NCBI GenBank assembly: GCA_965644495.1
Contig: CBFFSA010000002.1
Span: 682,001-746,000, forward strand
DNA length: 64,000 nucleotides
Direction of reading: 5' to 3'
DNA from: Perkinsela sp. CCAP 1560/9
Taxonomy: Eukaryota; Protista; Euglenozoa: Kinetoplastea
Below the pieces are notes generated by a model. The model did not search any database and was not told where the DNA came from. It worked only from the letters and a program-made list of their open reading frames with translations. The translations under genes and the position numbers were made by a program. Below, piece by piece: positions 11,492-22,177 of this stretch (positions are counted from its first letter, which is position 1; each line of letters opens with the position of its first letter).

Positions 11492-12945
11492 ATGTACTAT
11501 ACGTCCTACGAGCACCTTGCTACATCTTGTTACACAATATTTGACTCATTTTTTACTGATGGTTCTCCGAAGTAGGAGCCGATTGCGGGCAGGTATGATT
11601 ACTAACCAGCCCAGCCAATCCCTTTCATCTCTTCCCCTTTCGAAAATGGTAACCCTTCCGTTAACTTCCCTTCATCTCTCTCTCTCTTCCAGAAAACGTT
11701 AACGCTCCAGATGATTCCCCATCTCCCCCCATCCCTGGATTACTACTTACTATCCCCCCTATCCTAGCGTTGCCCCGGTACCCCCCCCCTATTAGCGTTG
11801 CTTTTGAAGAGAATATACCCTGCCTCGAAGCGCCAATTTTATTTTTTTATTTTTTTTCATTCAATTTTTGCGGTGCTGTGATCCCCCCTCCTTTATACTT
11901 CGCCCATTTTGAGCAGTAACGAAGTATAAAGGGTAGGGTCCGAATTTTTTTCCCCGCTGTAAAAAGGCCGCGCCATTTCTCGGCGCGGCTCATCCAGTTC
12001 TCGTCTTTCCTTTTATATCACTTTCCCTTTCTAGAAGGGAAGACTTAGAGGCTCCTTTTTCTAAGGTTAGAAAATTTACGAAATTAAAAATAAAATCGTC
12101 CCCCCTTCGGGGGGCGCACGAAAAACAAAGTATAAAAGGGGGATCACAGTATCATGTTCATGCAAAAATAGGAAATTATCACCTTCGAAATGATTTCTTT
12201 TAATCTTCAGCATACAGCTGAGCTCCCAAACTCCTAAAATACGCTTTAGGAGTCGATTTTGGAAAAATAGTATATTTACTGTTTTTTGGGTCAAAAAAAC
12301 AGTGTCTGGGACTTCTTTCACGTAATTCGGAAGAGGTTTTCTTTAATCGGATTTCAGTCATTCGAAAATTCGGAACTTTTATCAAAAATAACCCGGATTT
12401 GCTTTCAGATAGAGGAGAATCATAATATTTACTGCATTAAAGTCAGGGGTCATGAAGGTAATCCGCACAATGCCACATCGGATTGGCTTGCGAAACGCGC
12501 CTCGCAACAAGTTGAAGAAAATTGCTCCTTCTGTTACCGTGGCTTTGATGATAAATCACACACGAAAAGGAGAGACCCCATTCCATTGAGTACTGATAAG
12601 AAAATTAAAACTTTGCAAAAACGCACTTTGCCAGCTTTCGCGCTCCCACAGGTTACGGCCAAAGACATAAACCCCAGCCCCGTACAACCAATAAATAGAT
12701 CCGCGAAGGAATCAAATAGTAGAAATTCTAAATCAGAAACGCACAAACGTGCTCGATCAAAGGCCAAGCAAACAAGATCCAATGAGAAAGTTTGCCCAAA
12801 AAGGCTCCAGAATAATGAAAAACAACGTGTACAACGTAAAACCAAGGTTTTCGTACCTACAGTTACGACGCGCACTCCACAAATTAAACGATTACATTGT
12901 GAGGAGGAATGTACAACACAAAAATCTACGAGGAGTTCTGATTGA
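11492..12945 (+). pseudogene. RNase H1-like ORF broken by a stop codon and MITE insertions
   Basis: FFTDGS (first catalytic Asp motif) just before the TAG at 11573; ENSELL...IKVRGHEGNPHNATSDWLAKRA (VxGH..N..AD.LAK motif) at ~12365-12505. Confidence 0.65.
11876..12149. mobile_element. MITE
   Basis: TIRs ctgtgatccccc..tttatactt / aagtataaaaggggggatcacag; TA on the right flank. Confidence 0.65.
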
Positions 12946-13339
12946 ACAAATGAGGACTGAATTTTCATGCATAGGGAGGTGTTTGAATGGGCTCATTATT
13001 ATTTTCTTTCTTTTCAAAATATACATACCCTTTTTATATACACTGGTTGCGTAAACAAGGTTTTGAATTAACAACGCGTCTCGCTCTGTGCCCTAGGCAA
13101 AAACAGAGGTATAGAGCCAACAGGTCAGAAGGTCAAATGAATATGAAGGCGAGTTGCTGGAAGACACATTCGCCCTAAAGAGGCATTTCCAAGGAAAGTA
13201 ACTAGGATACATGGATGACAGGGCTGTGGAAGGTGCTTCACCGCGCAAATTCTAGGTGATATTGTATTTTTGTATGTTTCGTTACTAGTATGAGCTACAA
13301 ATCCGTTAACTGATATTTCAATATCAGTGTCTTTATTGT

Positions 13340-15270
13340 GTTGTGTGTTGGGTCAAAAAAAAGAAACGTTTTGGTCATCCAAAAAAAATCGGAAAATTTC
13401 ACCTTATCGGACCCCCCCCTGCGCGTACCCATCGCCGCGGCATACTCTACCACTTCCCGGCGCTCGATTTTGAAAAGCAAAAAAATCGGAAAAAAATCGC
13501 GACGCATGCCCACCCTGGACCCCCCCATGGACGCCCCCCCACGGACCCGCCCCAATGGACCCCCCATTTTTTTCAATTTTTTTTCAGTTTCGGACCACCG
13601 GGGCCCCCTTGGATATTTTTTTCTTCTATTACATTACTGTGTTCCTCTTTATATTTTTACTGTTTTTGTTCACCTTTTTTCAACAATCGAGGGTAGAGCG
13701 GTAGGCACGAGCACCCATATATTATAAGGGGTAAAAAATTATATTATTTATGCGTTATAATATAACGCATAAAACTCGCATCCTTAAAATGCATAATGTA
13801 ACCATGACGCATCTTCACTGTTTTTGTTCACTTTTTTTTCAGTAATCGAGGGTAGAGCGGTAGTAAATTAGGCTCTTCGTTAGACGCGGTGGTTGTTTTC
13901 AACTTAGAAGTCACTCATGCTGCGCCCTTCGCGTTGAAAACTACCACCGCGTTTAACCAAGAGCCTAAAAAAGAAAATTTGGCCTGGAAAGCCGAAGAAA
14001 ACGGAAAGATTATAGCAAAAAATAGTCGATTTTCGGGTAAAAATGGGGTGATTTTTAGCTATGTTTGCTCCCTATTTCGTGCGGTATGCCCCCCCCTGGA
14101 TCCCCCCATAGACCCCCCCATGGACACCCATGGGGGGTCGCGACGTATACCCCCCCCATGGACCCCCCCTAGACCCCCCATTTTTTTAGTTTTTCAAAAT
14201 TGGGCCACCGGAGCCCCCTTTTATATTTTTTTCCTTTATTATAAACCCCGTTCCGGTTTAATGTACCTGTAGCTCGCTATTGTACCGGGGGGGGGGGGGT
14301 ACAATAAGTGGGAACGCTTGGTTTTATTGTACCCCCCTGCGCAAAAGAGTGAGCCAATTTTTTTTGCCTTTTTACTGATTTTCTTCTTAAATTTGATTAC
14401 AATTTTACCATTTTTACCAGCGAAGACATTTTGCACTATTTTCGTTATTTTTCGGAATTTTTATTGTACCTATAGCTACGTATTGTACCTATAGCTAGTT
14501 ATTGTACTGGGGGGTATATTAACCCGGACGGGGGTTTAGTACTGTGTTCCTCTGTATATTTTAACTGTTTTTATTTTGCAATAATCGAGCGTAGAGCGGT
14601 AGTTATACAACCACCGCATTAACCAGCGGGTAGAGCGGTAGTTTACAACCACTGCAATATTTTTTCAGTGGCTTCGTTAAAGGGGTCCCTGGCAGAAGGA
14701 AGCCACTAAAAAAGAAAAATTGCCAAAACATTATGAATAATAATCAATTTTTTTGGGTGAAAAAGCTCGAGTCCTTGGCGAAAATTGATAAATTTTACCA
14801 CATATTTGGGCCGTTTTTCATGCCTTACCAGTAGGGGTAGGAGGCGAATCTATCGAAAAAAACGTCGTAGAATGTTAGCTGGGGTCCCAAACTCTTAAAA
14901 AACGTTTTAGTAGTAGAGTTTGGAAAAATAATATTTTTCCTTTTCTGGTCAATTTTTTTTGGAGGGTCAGCCCAAAAATTTCGGAATTTTCGAACTTGTC
15001 GGACCCCTCCTGCGCGTACCAGGGAGGTGAACCCCCAGGTGGGAGAGTGAAAAATTATCGCCGCGGCATACTCTACCACTTCCCTACCACATTCCCGGGT
15101 AGGGGGGTGGAAAATACGCGCCAAGACGCTGGCTACCCCTTCTGCGGGACTAATTAAAAAATAATTTTAAAAAAATCGTGTGGTATGCCCCCCCTGGACC
15201 CCCCCCTGAACCCCCCATTTTTTTCAATATTTTGTTCAATTTTAGACCACCGGGGCCCCCTTTTATATTT
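13340..15270. repeat. Cluster of rearranged copies of the dominant dispersed repeat, with a small TIR element at ~14243-14538
   Basis: Repeated blocks ggaccccccatttttttcaatt, taatcgagggtagagcggtagt and gaagtcactcatgctgcg; nested aaccccgt(t/c)c(c/g)g..ttaat inverted ends. Confidence 0.8.
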
Positions 15271-15612
15271 TTATGATAAAGAAATCGCGTGGTCTTGACA
15301 GATTGCCTTGTGCGAATCTTGCGTCCCGAACATCTTCTCACTGCATCGCTGTCACCGCGCGTTGGCTGGAGCCACCGACGTTATGTCTTGGGACTGAATA
15401 ACTGCTGCTCACAATTCTATGAGTTTGAATAAATACAATCATATGAGTCTGAATAAATTACGCGGTGTGTTGTCGAGTGGAGAGTTTGTACTTCCTATCG
15501 TCACTCCTTTCGCATGCGTTTCATTGCTATTTCCGAGGAGATGACACACTAGTTGATGATATTTTTCGGCGGTGATGTAATCTCGGGGAAGAGGGAGGAT
15601 GTTTCGATAGCT

Positions 15613-15810
15613 ATGTAACCCCGGATAAAGTGGACGAGGGAGGTTCTAAAAGCACCTTTAAACCACCACAAAAATGGAATGATATCTCCCGGTTTGTAAA
15701 GGATTCCGACGTGCCAAAAGAATCTTTAAGGGACATACCCTTCCATTTTTATGGTGGTTTGCCAAAGGTGCTTTTAGTATCTCCCTCGTCCACTTTATCT
15801 TGGGTTACAT
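15613..15810. repeat. Imperfect ~200-bp foldback, MITE-like
   Basis: atgtaaccccggataaagtggacgagggag...aaaagcaccttt is inverted by aaaggtgctttt...ctccctcgtccactttatcttgggttacat. Confidence 0.85.
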
Positions 15811-16238
15811 TTTTTTCAGAATTTCTTGTCATATCATACGTATGCAAGCGTGTAAGAACGCATGTAGAGGCGTGTGTGTGTCCTTCACAAGCGGAGAGGA
15901 CTCAAAAAATATCACTTGTAAAGTGAAAAAAACTTTATAGTTTTCTTATAGTTTTATAGTAAAATATAGTAAATATAGTACTATATAGTAACTATATTCA
16001 ATGAAAAAAACTATATTTTACTATATTATAGTTTCTGCGAACCCTGTTTTTATCTTCTATTATTTTATTACTGTGTTCCCCTTTATATTTTCACTGTTTT
16101 TGTTCACGTATTTTTAATAATCGAGGGTAGAGCGGTAGTTATACAACCGCCGCATTTTTTTCTACTGTGTAACATTTGGATGCTTACCAAGTACTTCTTT
16201 GAAATATGTTGCGGTTCAAAATTAAGCTGTTTTGACAG

Positions 16239-17345
16239 ATGATTGACATTGGGGCAAATTTAGTAGATGATTCCTTTCTTTCAGAAGCACTGTTCAAACC
16301 GGGACCTTGCTTGTTACATCACATCCCCTACTCGGATATGGAATGGGTGCTGCACCGATGTGCTCGTGTGGGCGTTACTGATTTGATTCTTACCGGTGGA
16401 AGCGAGGAAGATAGTGTTAAGGCGATTGCTCTTGCCAAAAGTTATGACGGGAAATCTTTTCCTGTTTTTGACGCAAGCAACTCCGTGGATGACATTGAAA
16501 AGGATCTTCGTCGAATTCGATTACGGGCCACTGTAGGCTGTCACCCCTGTCGCGCTACAGAGGTCACACATCAAAAGTACTTCGAACGCTTGCGTCAGCT
16601 TATCGCGGAAAACCGAGACGTTGTTGTTGCGGTGGGAGAATGTGGACTCGACTACGATCGTACGGGGTATTGTCCAATTGATGTACAGCACAAAGTTTTC
16701 CCTCCCCACTTCGATTTGGCTCGGGAATTCGATCTCCCATTGTTTTTGCACAACCGCAACACGGGTGGCGACTTCGTGCGTATTATGGAACGGGAAATGC
16801 CTTCCTTGAGCGCGGGAGGTGTGGTTCACTCCTTCACAGGGGGGCTGGAGGAAATGAAGCAACTTGTAAATCTGGGGCTATATATCGGAGTGAACGGGTG
16901 CTCGATGAAGACGGAGGAAAATTGCGCCGTTGTATCACAGATACCGCTCGATCGGCTTTTGTTGGAGACAGATTCCCCTTACTGTGAAATCCGTCCTTCT
17001 CATGCTTCCTACGGTGGTGTCTCCACTTTTTTCAGATCATTAAAAAAGGAGCATTACCTACAAGAGATACGAGGTCTAACAACTATAAAAAGCTTCGAGG
17101 TCCTGCTAGAGCGACTCCAGTTTCTATCGCGTACCATCATGAAAAGACGAAATGAACCCTCTACACTGTCTCAAGTATGTGAGGCCGCATACTCCATACG
17201 AAATTCGGGACCCCGTGTTCGTACGGATCAGGCGACGCAAACTTCCCCACAAGGTACCAAATGTGCCGTTAGTGAGATAACAAGAGGTCTTGACTCGTTT
17301 AAGTTGACTGTGCGTGCCAACACAATTAAGCTATTTCGACTTTGA
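16239..17345 (+). CDS. TATDN1: TatD-family DNase (TATDN1-like)
   Basis: IDIGANL, GCHP, VAVGECGLDY, LFLHNR, GVVHSFTG, LETDSP and RNEP motifs. Confidence 0.92.
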   Translation: MIDIGANLVDDSFLSEALFKPGPCLLHHIPYSDMEWVLHRCARVGVTDLILTGGSEEDSVKAIALAKSYDGKSFPVFDASNSVDDIEKDLRRIRLRATVGCHPCRATEVTHQKYFERLRQLIAENRDVVVAVGECGLDYDRTGYCPIDVQHKVFPPHFDLAREFDLPLFLHNRNTGGDFVRIMEREMPSLSAGGVVHSFTGGLEEMKQLVNLGLYIGVNGCSMKTEENCAVVSQIPLDRLLLETDSPYCEIRPSHASYGGVSTFFRSLKKEHYLQEIRGLTTIKSFEVLLERLQFLSRTIMKRRNEPSTLSQVCEAAYSIRNSGPRVRTDQATQTSPQGTKCAVSEITRGLDSFKLTVRANTIKLFRL

Positions 17346-17502
17346 AGCTTTCTTTTCTTATTTATTTTTTATTTACGTTACTGATGGCTTGTCAAGTGAA
17401 TCTCTTTTTTTTGTACGACCAGAACAAGAGAATATCCTTCCAAACACAAAATTTATTTCTGCTCTCAAATTTCCATACTCTTCTTTAAACGCATCCTCTC
17501 CC

Positions 17503-18297
17503 ATGGCCCGAGGCCCGAAGAAACACCTGAAACGGCTCTATGCCCCCCGCAGCTGGATGTTATCCAAACTCAAAGGGGTCTACGCCCCCCGACCCCGTGC
17601 GGGGCCCCACAAGCTCCGTGAGTGCATCCCCCTGGTCGTGCTCCTCCGCAACCGACTCAAGTACGCGCTGAATGCCCGGGAGACGCAATTCATCCTGCGG
17701 CAGCGCAACGTGAAGGTCGACGGCCGGGTGCGCATTGACCCGAAGTACCCCTGCGGGTTCATGGACGTGCTGCAGATCCCGAAGACCAAGGACCTGTTCC
17801 GCATCCTGCTCGACCAGAAGGGGCGGTTCGCGCTGGTCCGGGTCGATCCCGCAGAGGGGGTCACGAAGCTGTGCAAGGTGGTGCGGCGGGTGACGCAGAG
17901 CAACCGCGTCCCCGCGCTCGTCACCCACGACGGCCGTACCCTGCGCTACCCCCACCCCAGCATCGCGGCCGGGGACACGGTGGTGCTGGACACGAGCACG
18001 CAGAAGATCACGGGGTTCGCCAAGTTCCGCCCCGGGACGCTGGTGATGACGACGGGGGGGAAGAACATGGGGCGGGTGGGGGTGGTGGTGGACGTGGAGA
18101 AACACCCCGGGTCGTTTAACATTGTCCACATCCGGGACAAGGCGGAGAACACGTTCGCGACCCGGGAGGCGAACGTGTTTGTGATTGGGAAGGGGGAGGG
18201 GGACGCGTTGGTGGGGCTGCCGAAGGGGGAAGGGGTGCGGGCGAACGTGATCACGGAGAGGGAGGCGAAGTTGAAGAAGGCCGCGGGGAAGGTGTAA
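17503..18297 (+). CDS. RPS4: 40S ribosomal protein S4 (eS4)
   Basis: MARGPKKHLKRLYAP...RPRAGPHKLREC...THDGRTLRYP...GGKNMGRVG...FATREANVFVIG; the true start is probably the ATG at 17503. Confidence 0.98.
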   Translation: MARGPKKHLKRLYAPRSWMLSKLKGVYAPRPRAGPHKLRECIPLVVLLRNRLKYALNARETQFILRQRNVKVDGRVRIDPKYPCGFMDVLQIPKTKDLFRILLDQKGRFALVRVDPAEGVTKLCKVVRRVTQSNRVPALVTHDGRTLRYPHPSIAAGDTVVLDTSTQKITGFAKFRPGTLVMTTGGKNMGRVGVVVDVEKHPGSFNIVHIRDKAENTFATREANVFVIGKGEGDALVGLPKGEGVRANVITEREAKLKKAAGKV

Positions 18298-18523
18298 TGG
18301 AGGAACGGAAGAAGGAAGGGAAGAGAAAGTGAAGGAAAGTGTGGGAATGTAAAAGAAAAAGTTCGTGCATGGAAATGAAGTTGAAATAAATCGGATACAT
18401 GTAAAAAAAGTAGTTAGGGTTGGAACCATCTTATTGTGCTGGGTTGTATATTTTTGTGGTATCTTTTATTCGTTTATTGGTGTGTCTTCCTATTTCTTTC
18501 CCCTATACTTTTCACCACGATTC

Positions 18524-18739
18524 ATGGGGCGTTTTGCCCGCCTTCTTTGTTACATGAAACGGCGGGACCCCGCAGCTATGGGGCATCGTCAGCAGTACTA
18601 CAACGTCGAATTTACGAAGCAGGCACATTCCACCTGGATGGCGCTTATTATTGTAGCCGGTATGATCACGTATGATCAAATCATGGATCCAGCCCTTGTG
18701 AAGCCTTCCATTATGGACGGCAGGTCGAACGTTATTTAG
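18524..18739 (+). CDS. Small single-pass membrane protein (71 aa), hypothetical
   Basis: ATG after a pyrimidine tract; Arg-rich N-terminus; TM segment WMALIIVAGMITY. Confidence 0.5.
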   Translation: MGRFARLLCYMKRRDPAAMGHRQQYYNVEFTKQAHSTWMALIIVAGMITYDQIMDPALVKPSIMDGRSNVI

Positions 18740-19020
18740 GAATATGTGGTTTGGATTAGCTTTCAGAGTTTGTTTGTTTCGCCCTCTTCCTACAGCTACG
18801 CAACGTGTAGCTGTGATGGAGCAAATGTCTCGCCGTGTAAATGTCTCGTGTGTCCAAATATTTTGACCCCGTAATTTACGATGTACAAAAAAATCATAAT
18901 CTGATGGATATGATCGAAATGGGTAAGCTTTTCTTTTCTGAATCTTTATTATGCATCTGCTCCCCTCTTTACTCTTTCCTATATTTTTTCTTCCTTTCCT
19001 TTCCTTCCCTCCTTTCTTCC

Positions 19021-21933
19021 ATGAGTACCACAGAAGTCGACGCCCTCTGCCACCCCACAACCTCCCCGGCCCCCCCTGTTCCCCCCCAGCGCGCTGCCGC
19101 CCCCACCCCCGCCTTCACGTTCCCCTACCCCCTGGACCCGTTCCAGCAGGACTCCATCGCGCACCTGGAGCGCGGCGACAGCGTGCTGGTCTCCGCCCAC
19201 ACCTCCGCGGGCAAGACGACCGTCGCGACGTACGCGATCGCGATGCACCTGCGGGCCCGGCGCCGCGTGATCTACACCTCCCCGATCAAGGCCCTCTCGA
19301 ACCAGAAGTTCCGCGAGTTCAGCGACACGTTCGAGAGCGTGGGGCTGATGACGGGGGACACGACGGTGAAGCCCAGCGCGGACTGTCTCGTCATGACGAC
19401 AGAGATTCTGCGGAGTATGCTGTACCGCGGGACGGAGATGCTGCGCGAGGTGGGGTGCGTGGTGTTCGATGAGGTCCACTACATGCGGGACAAGAGCCGC
19501 GGGGTGGTGTGGGAGGAGACGATTATCCTGCTCCCGGAGAAGTGCCAGTATGTGTTTTTAAGTGCGACGATTCCGAATGGTCCCCAGTTCGCGGCGTGGG
19601 TAATGTCCATCCACCCCGGGTTGACGTGTCATGTGGTGCACACCGATAAGCGTCCCGTTCCGCTGCGGCATTATCTGTTCCCGCAGGGGGGGTCCGGGCT
19701 TACGTTGATTGTGGACGCGAATAAATTCGTAGAGGAGAACTATACCCGAGCGATGAGTGTCTTCACACAGGCCGAGGAGAACACGGCCGGTCCCGACCCC
19801 ACGGGTGAGTCCCGCGGCCGAAGAGGGCGCGGTCCCGCGGAAAACTCCCGGAATATGAACGTCCAGGTCATGCAGGTCATGACGCACATCATCCAAAACG
19901 ACATGCACCCGTGTATTGTGTTTGTGTTTGCCAAGGCGGAGTGTGAGACCCTGGCGCTGGCACTCGCCAAGAAAACATTCAACACGGAGCAGGAGGAGGC
20001 GTTTGTCACCGAGACCTATACTAACGCCATGGACAGTCTCAGTGAGGATGACCGGCGACTCCCCGCAGTACAGCATCTCCTCCCGCTGCTCCAGCGTGGG
20101 GTGGGGATTCACCACAGCGGGCTGCTCCCTGTGCTCAAGGAGGTCGTGGAGCTTCTCTTCCAGGCAGGGCTCGTCAAGTGTCTGTTTAGCACCGAGACGT
20201 TCAGCATGGGACTCAATATGCCGGCCCGCACGGTGGTGTTCTCCAGCGTGCGGAAATTCGACGGCTCCGAGAAGCGGTTTCTTACCAGCGGGGAGTACAT
20301 CCAAATGAGTGGTCGCGCGGGACGTCGAGGGCTTGACCGCAACGGCGTCGTGGTCGTGTTAATGGATGAGCCCGTGGAGGTGGGACTGTTCCGGTCTATG
20401 GTAAGTGGACAGGCTGACAAGCTCAACAGCACCTTCTACCTCACCTACAACATGGTGCTCAACCTGCTACGGGTAGAGGACGCGGATCCGACCTACATGA
20501 TGATGCGATCCTTTTACCAATTTCAACAGGAGGGGAACCGTCCCGTGGTTGAGGGGAAATTGGAGGAGGCGCAGCGGAAGATGGAGACCCTTCGTATTGA
20601 ACAGCCAGCCGTGTGTGAGCAGTACTGGACTGCGCAAAAAGTGCTCCACAAACTTCGCGAACAAAAACATGAGATACTTATCCAACCTGCACACATCATA
20701 CCCTACCTGCAACGTGGTCGTGTGGTTGAGATTGTGCGTCGCAGTGTAGTGCCCAATACGGATTACAGCTTTGGTATTGTTGTCGGGTGTCAGCTCCGCA
20801 CACCGACTTCCGACCGATCGCTCCCCACCTCGTATTCCGTGGAGGTTTTGGTGGACGCGCGCAGTGATCAATCTGGAGCTTTTCCCGAGCCAGCGTCGTT
20901 CCCTACAGGCCAGGAATCGGAACCGACGGAGTTCATGAAAGTGGCATTTGACCTGGGCGACATAGCGCAGGTTACCAAGCTTCGCGTTAAAATGCCCGAA
21001 GACGCGAGCTTTCCGCTAGAAGAACGTCAGAAGCAGCATCGTAATCTCAAGAAAGTAGTTGCGAGATACAAAGGTGAGTTGCCAATTCTTGATCCTGTTG
21101 GGGAGATGAAAATTTCCGATAGGAAAATGTACACTGTATGCGAGCGTATCTCAAAGCTCGAAGCGCAGCTGGCAAAGAATCCTCTGGCAGCAGGAGAGGG
21201 AAAAATATCTGAAGCTCTGGTGACCTCGTATCGGGCATTCGAGTTGAAGAAATCCATCGAGATGGACATACAGCAGTTGCAAAGTGATCTAAATCAACTC
21301 AAACATGTAGTTCTCACCGAAGAGCTTCACAAAATGATGCGTGTTCTGCGCCGGTTGGACTATCTTGATGAGAATAATCTGCTTTTGCGAAAGGGACGCA
21401 TTGCATGCGAGATCACCACCACCGACCAAGACGAGCTTCTCCTCACCGAGCTTCTCTTTCGTGGTATCTTTAACGACATGGAAACTGAAATGATTGTTGC
21501 TCTCTTAAGTTGTCTAGTGAATGTGCACAAGACGCCAGACAACTTTGACCCAGAAGAGAAATTTCACCAAACACTGCGTCAGCTCTACGACGTGAATGCA
21601 CGTATCCATAAAGTATGTCAAGATGCGGGTCTCTTGTCTGAGACCTCAGCTGACGGGTCTCCCAACACTGGAGCAGAAAAAATTAAGCCCTCTCTTATTG
21701 AAGTTACGTACAAGTGGGCGAAAGGGTGCAAGTTTATAGATGTCGTCAACAGCACAGATGCCTATGAGGGGGACATTGTGCGAATGATGCGGCGACTTGA
21801 GGAGTTGTTGCGGCAGTTGGCGTCCGCCGCTCGATCCCCGGCCGTAGGTTCTGAGCTCATACACGATAAAATGATGCTTGGCATTCAGATGATAAAGCGT
21901 GATATTGTGTTCGCCTCCTCGTTGTATCTTTAA
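19021..21933 (+). CDS. MTR4: MTR4 (SKIV2L2/DOB1) DExH RNA helicase
   Basis: SAHTSAGKT, PIKALSNQK, DEVH, SAT, QMSGRAGRRG, KOW/arch region and DSHCT ending KRDIVFASSLYL; ATG at 19021 follows a long pyrimidine tract. Confidence 0.96.
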   Translation: MSTTEVDALCHPTTSPAPPVPPQRAAAPTPAFTFPYPLDPFQQDSIAHLERGDSVLVSAHTSAGKTTVATYAIAMHLRARRRVIYTSPIKALSNQKFREFSDTFESVGLMTGDTTVKPSADCLVMTTEILRSMLYRGTEMLREVGCVVFDEVHYMRDKSRGVVWEETIILLPEKCQYVFLSATIPNGPQFAAWVMSIHPGLTCHVVHTDKRPVPLRHYLFPQGGSGLTLIVDANKFVEENYTRAMSVFTQAEENTAGPDPTGESRGRRGRGPAENSRNMNVQVMQVMTHIIQNDMHPCIVFVFAKAECETLALALAKKTFNTEQEEAFVTETYTNAMDSLSEDDRRLPAVQHLLPLLQRGVGIHHSGLLPVLKEVVELLFQAGLVKCLFSTETFSMGLNMPARTVVFSSVRKFDGSEKRFLTSGEYIQMSGRAGRRGLDRNGVVVVLMDEPVEVGLFRSMVSGQADKLNSTFYLTYNMVLNLLRVEDADPTYMMMRSFYQFQQEGNRPVVEGKLEEAQRKMETLRIEQPAVCEQYWTAQKVLHKLREQKHEILIQPAHIIPYLQRGRVVEIVRRSVVPNTDYSFGIVVGCQLRTPTSDRSLPTSYSVEVLVDARSDQSGAFPEPASFPTGQESEPTEFMKVAFDLGDIAQVTKLRVKMPEDASFPLEERQKQHRNLKKVVARYKGELPILDPVGEMKISDRKMYTVCERISKLEAQLAKNPLAAGEGKISEALVTSYRAFELKKSIEMDIQQLQSDLNQLKHVVLTEELHKMMRVLRRLDYLDENNLLLRKGRIACEITTTDQDELLLTELLFRGIFNDMETEMIVALLSCLVNVHKTPDNFDPEEKFHQTLRQLYDVNARIHKVCQDAGLLSETSADGSPNTGAEKIKPSLIEVTYKWAKGCKFIDVVNSTDAYEGDIVRMMRRLEELLRQLASAARSPAVGSELIHDKMMLGIQMIKRDIVFASSLYL

Positions 21934-22177
21934 ACTCTTCATTCGAAGAAGTCATGGTATGTCAAGCAGGTTAGCCAAGCGCAACTATCTTTTTGATTTG
22001 ATTGAGAAAATCCAGCCACAGCGAGGCAAAGCGGGAGCAACTGAAGTATTCGTGTGGTTATGACATTGTGTATAGTAAATGGTAAAAAAGAAACATTTGA
22101 ATGCGGGTAGGAAAAAAGTACCTTTTTAGAGACAAGCAAATTTTTATTTTTACGTACGAAGTCTTGCCATATTTTTT

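Noticed and set aside
6822-15341. Many short Phe/Pro/Lys-rich ORFs in repeats
   Set aside because: They arise from homopolymer-rich non-coding repeats and frames are not conserved between copies.
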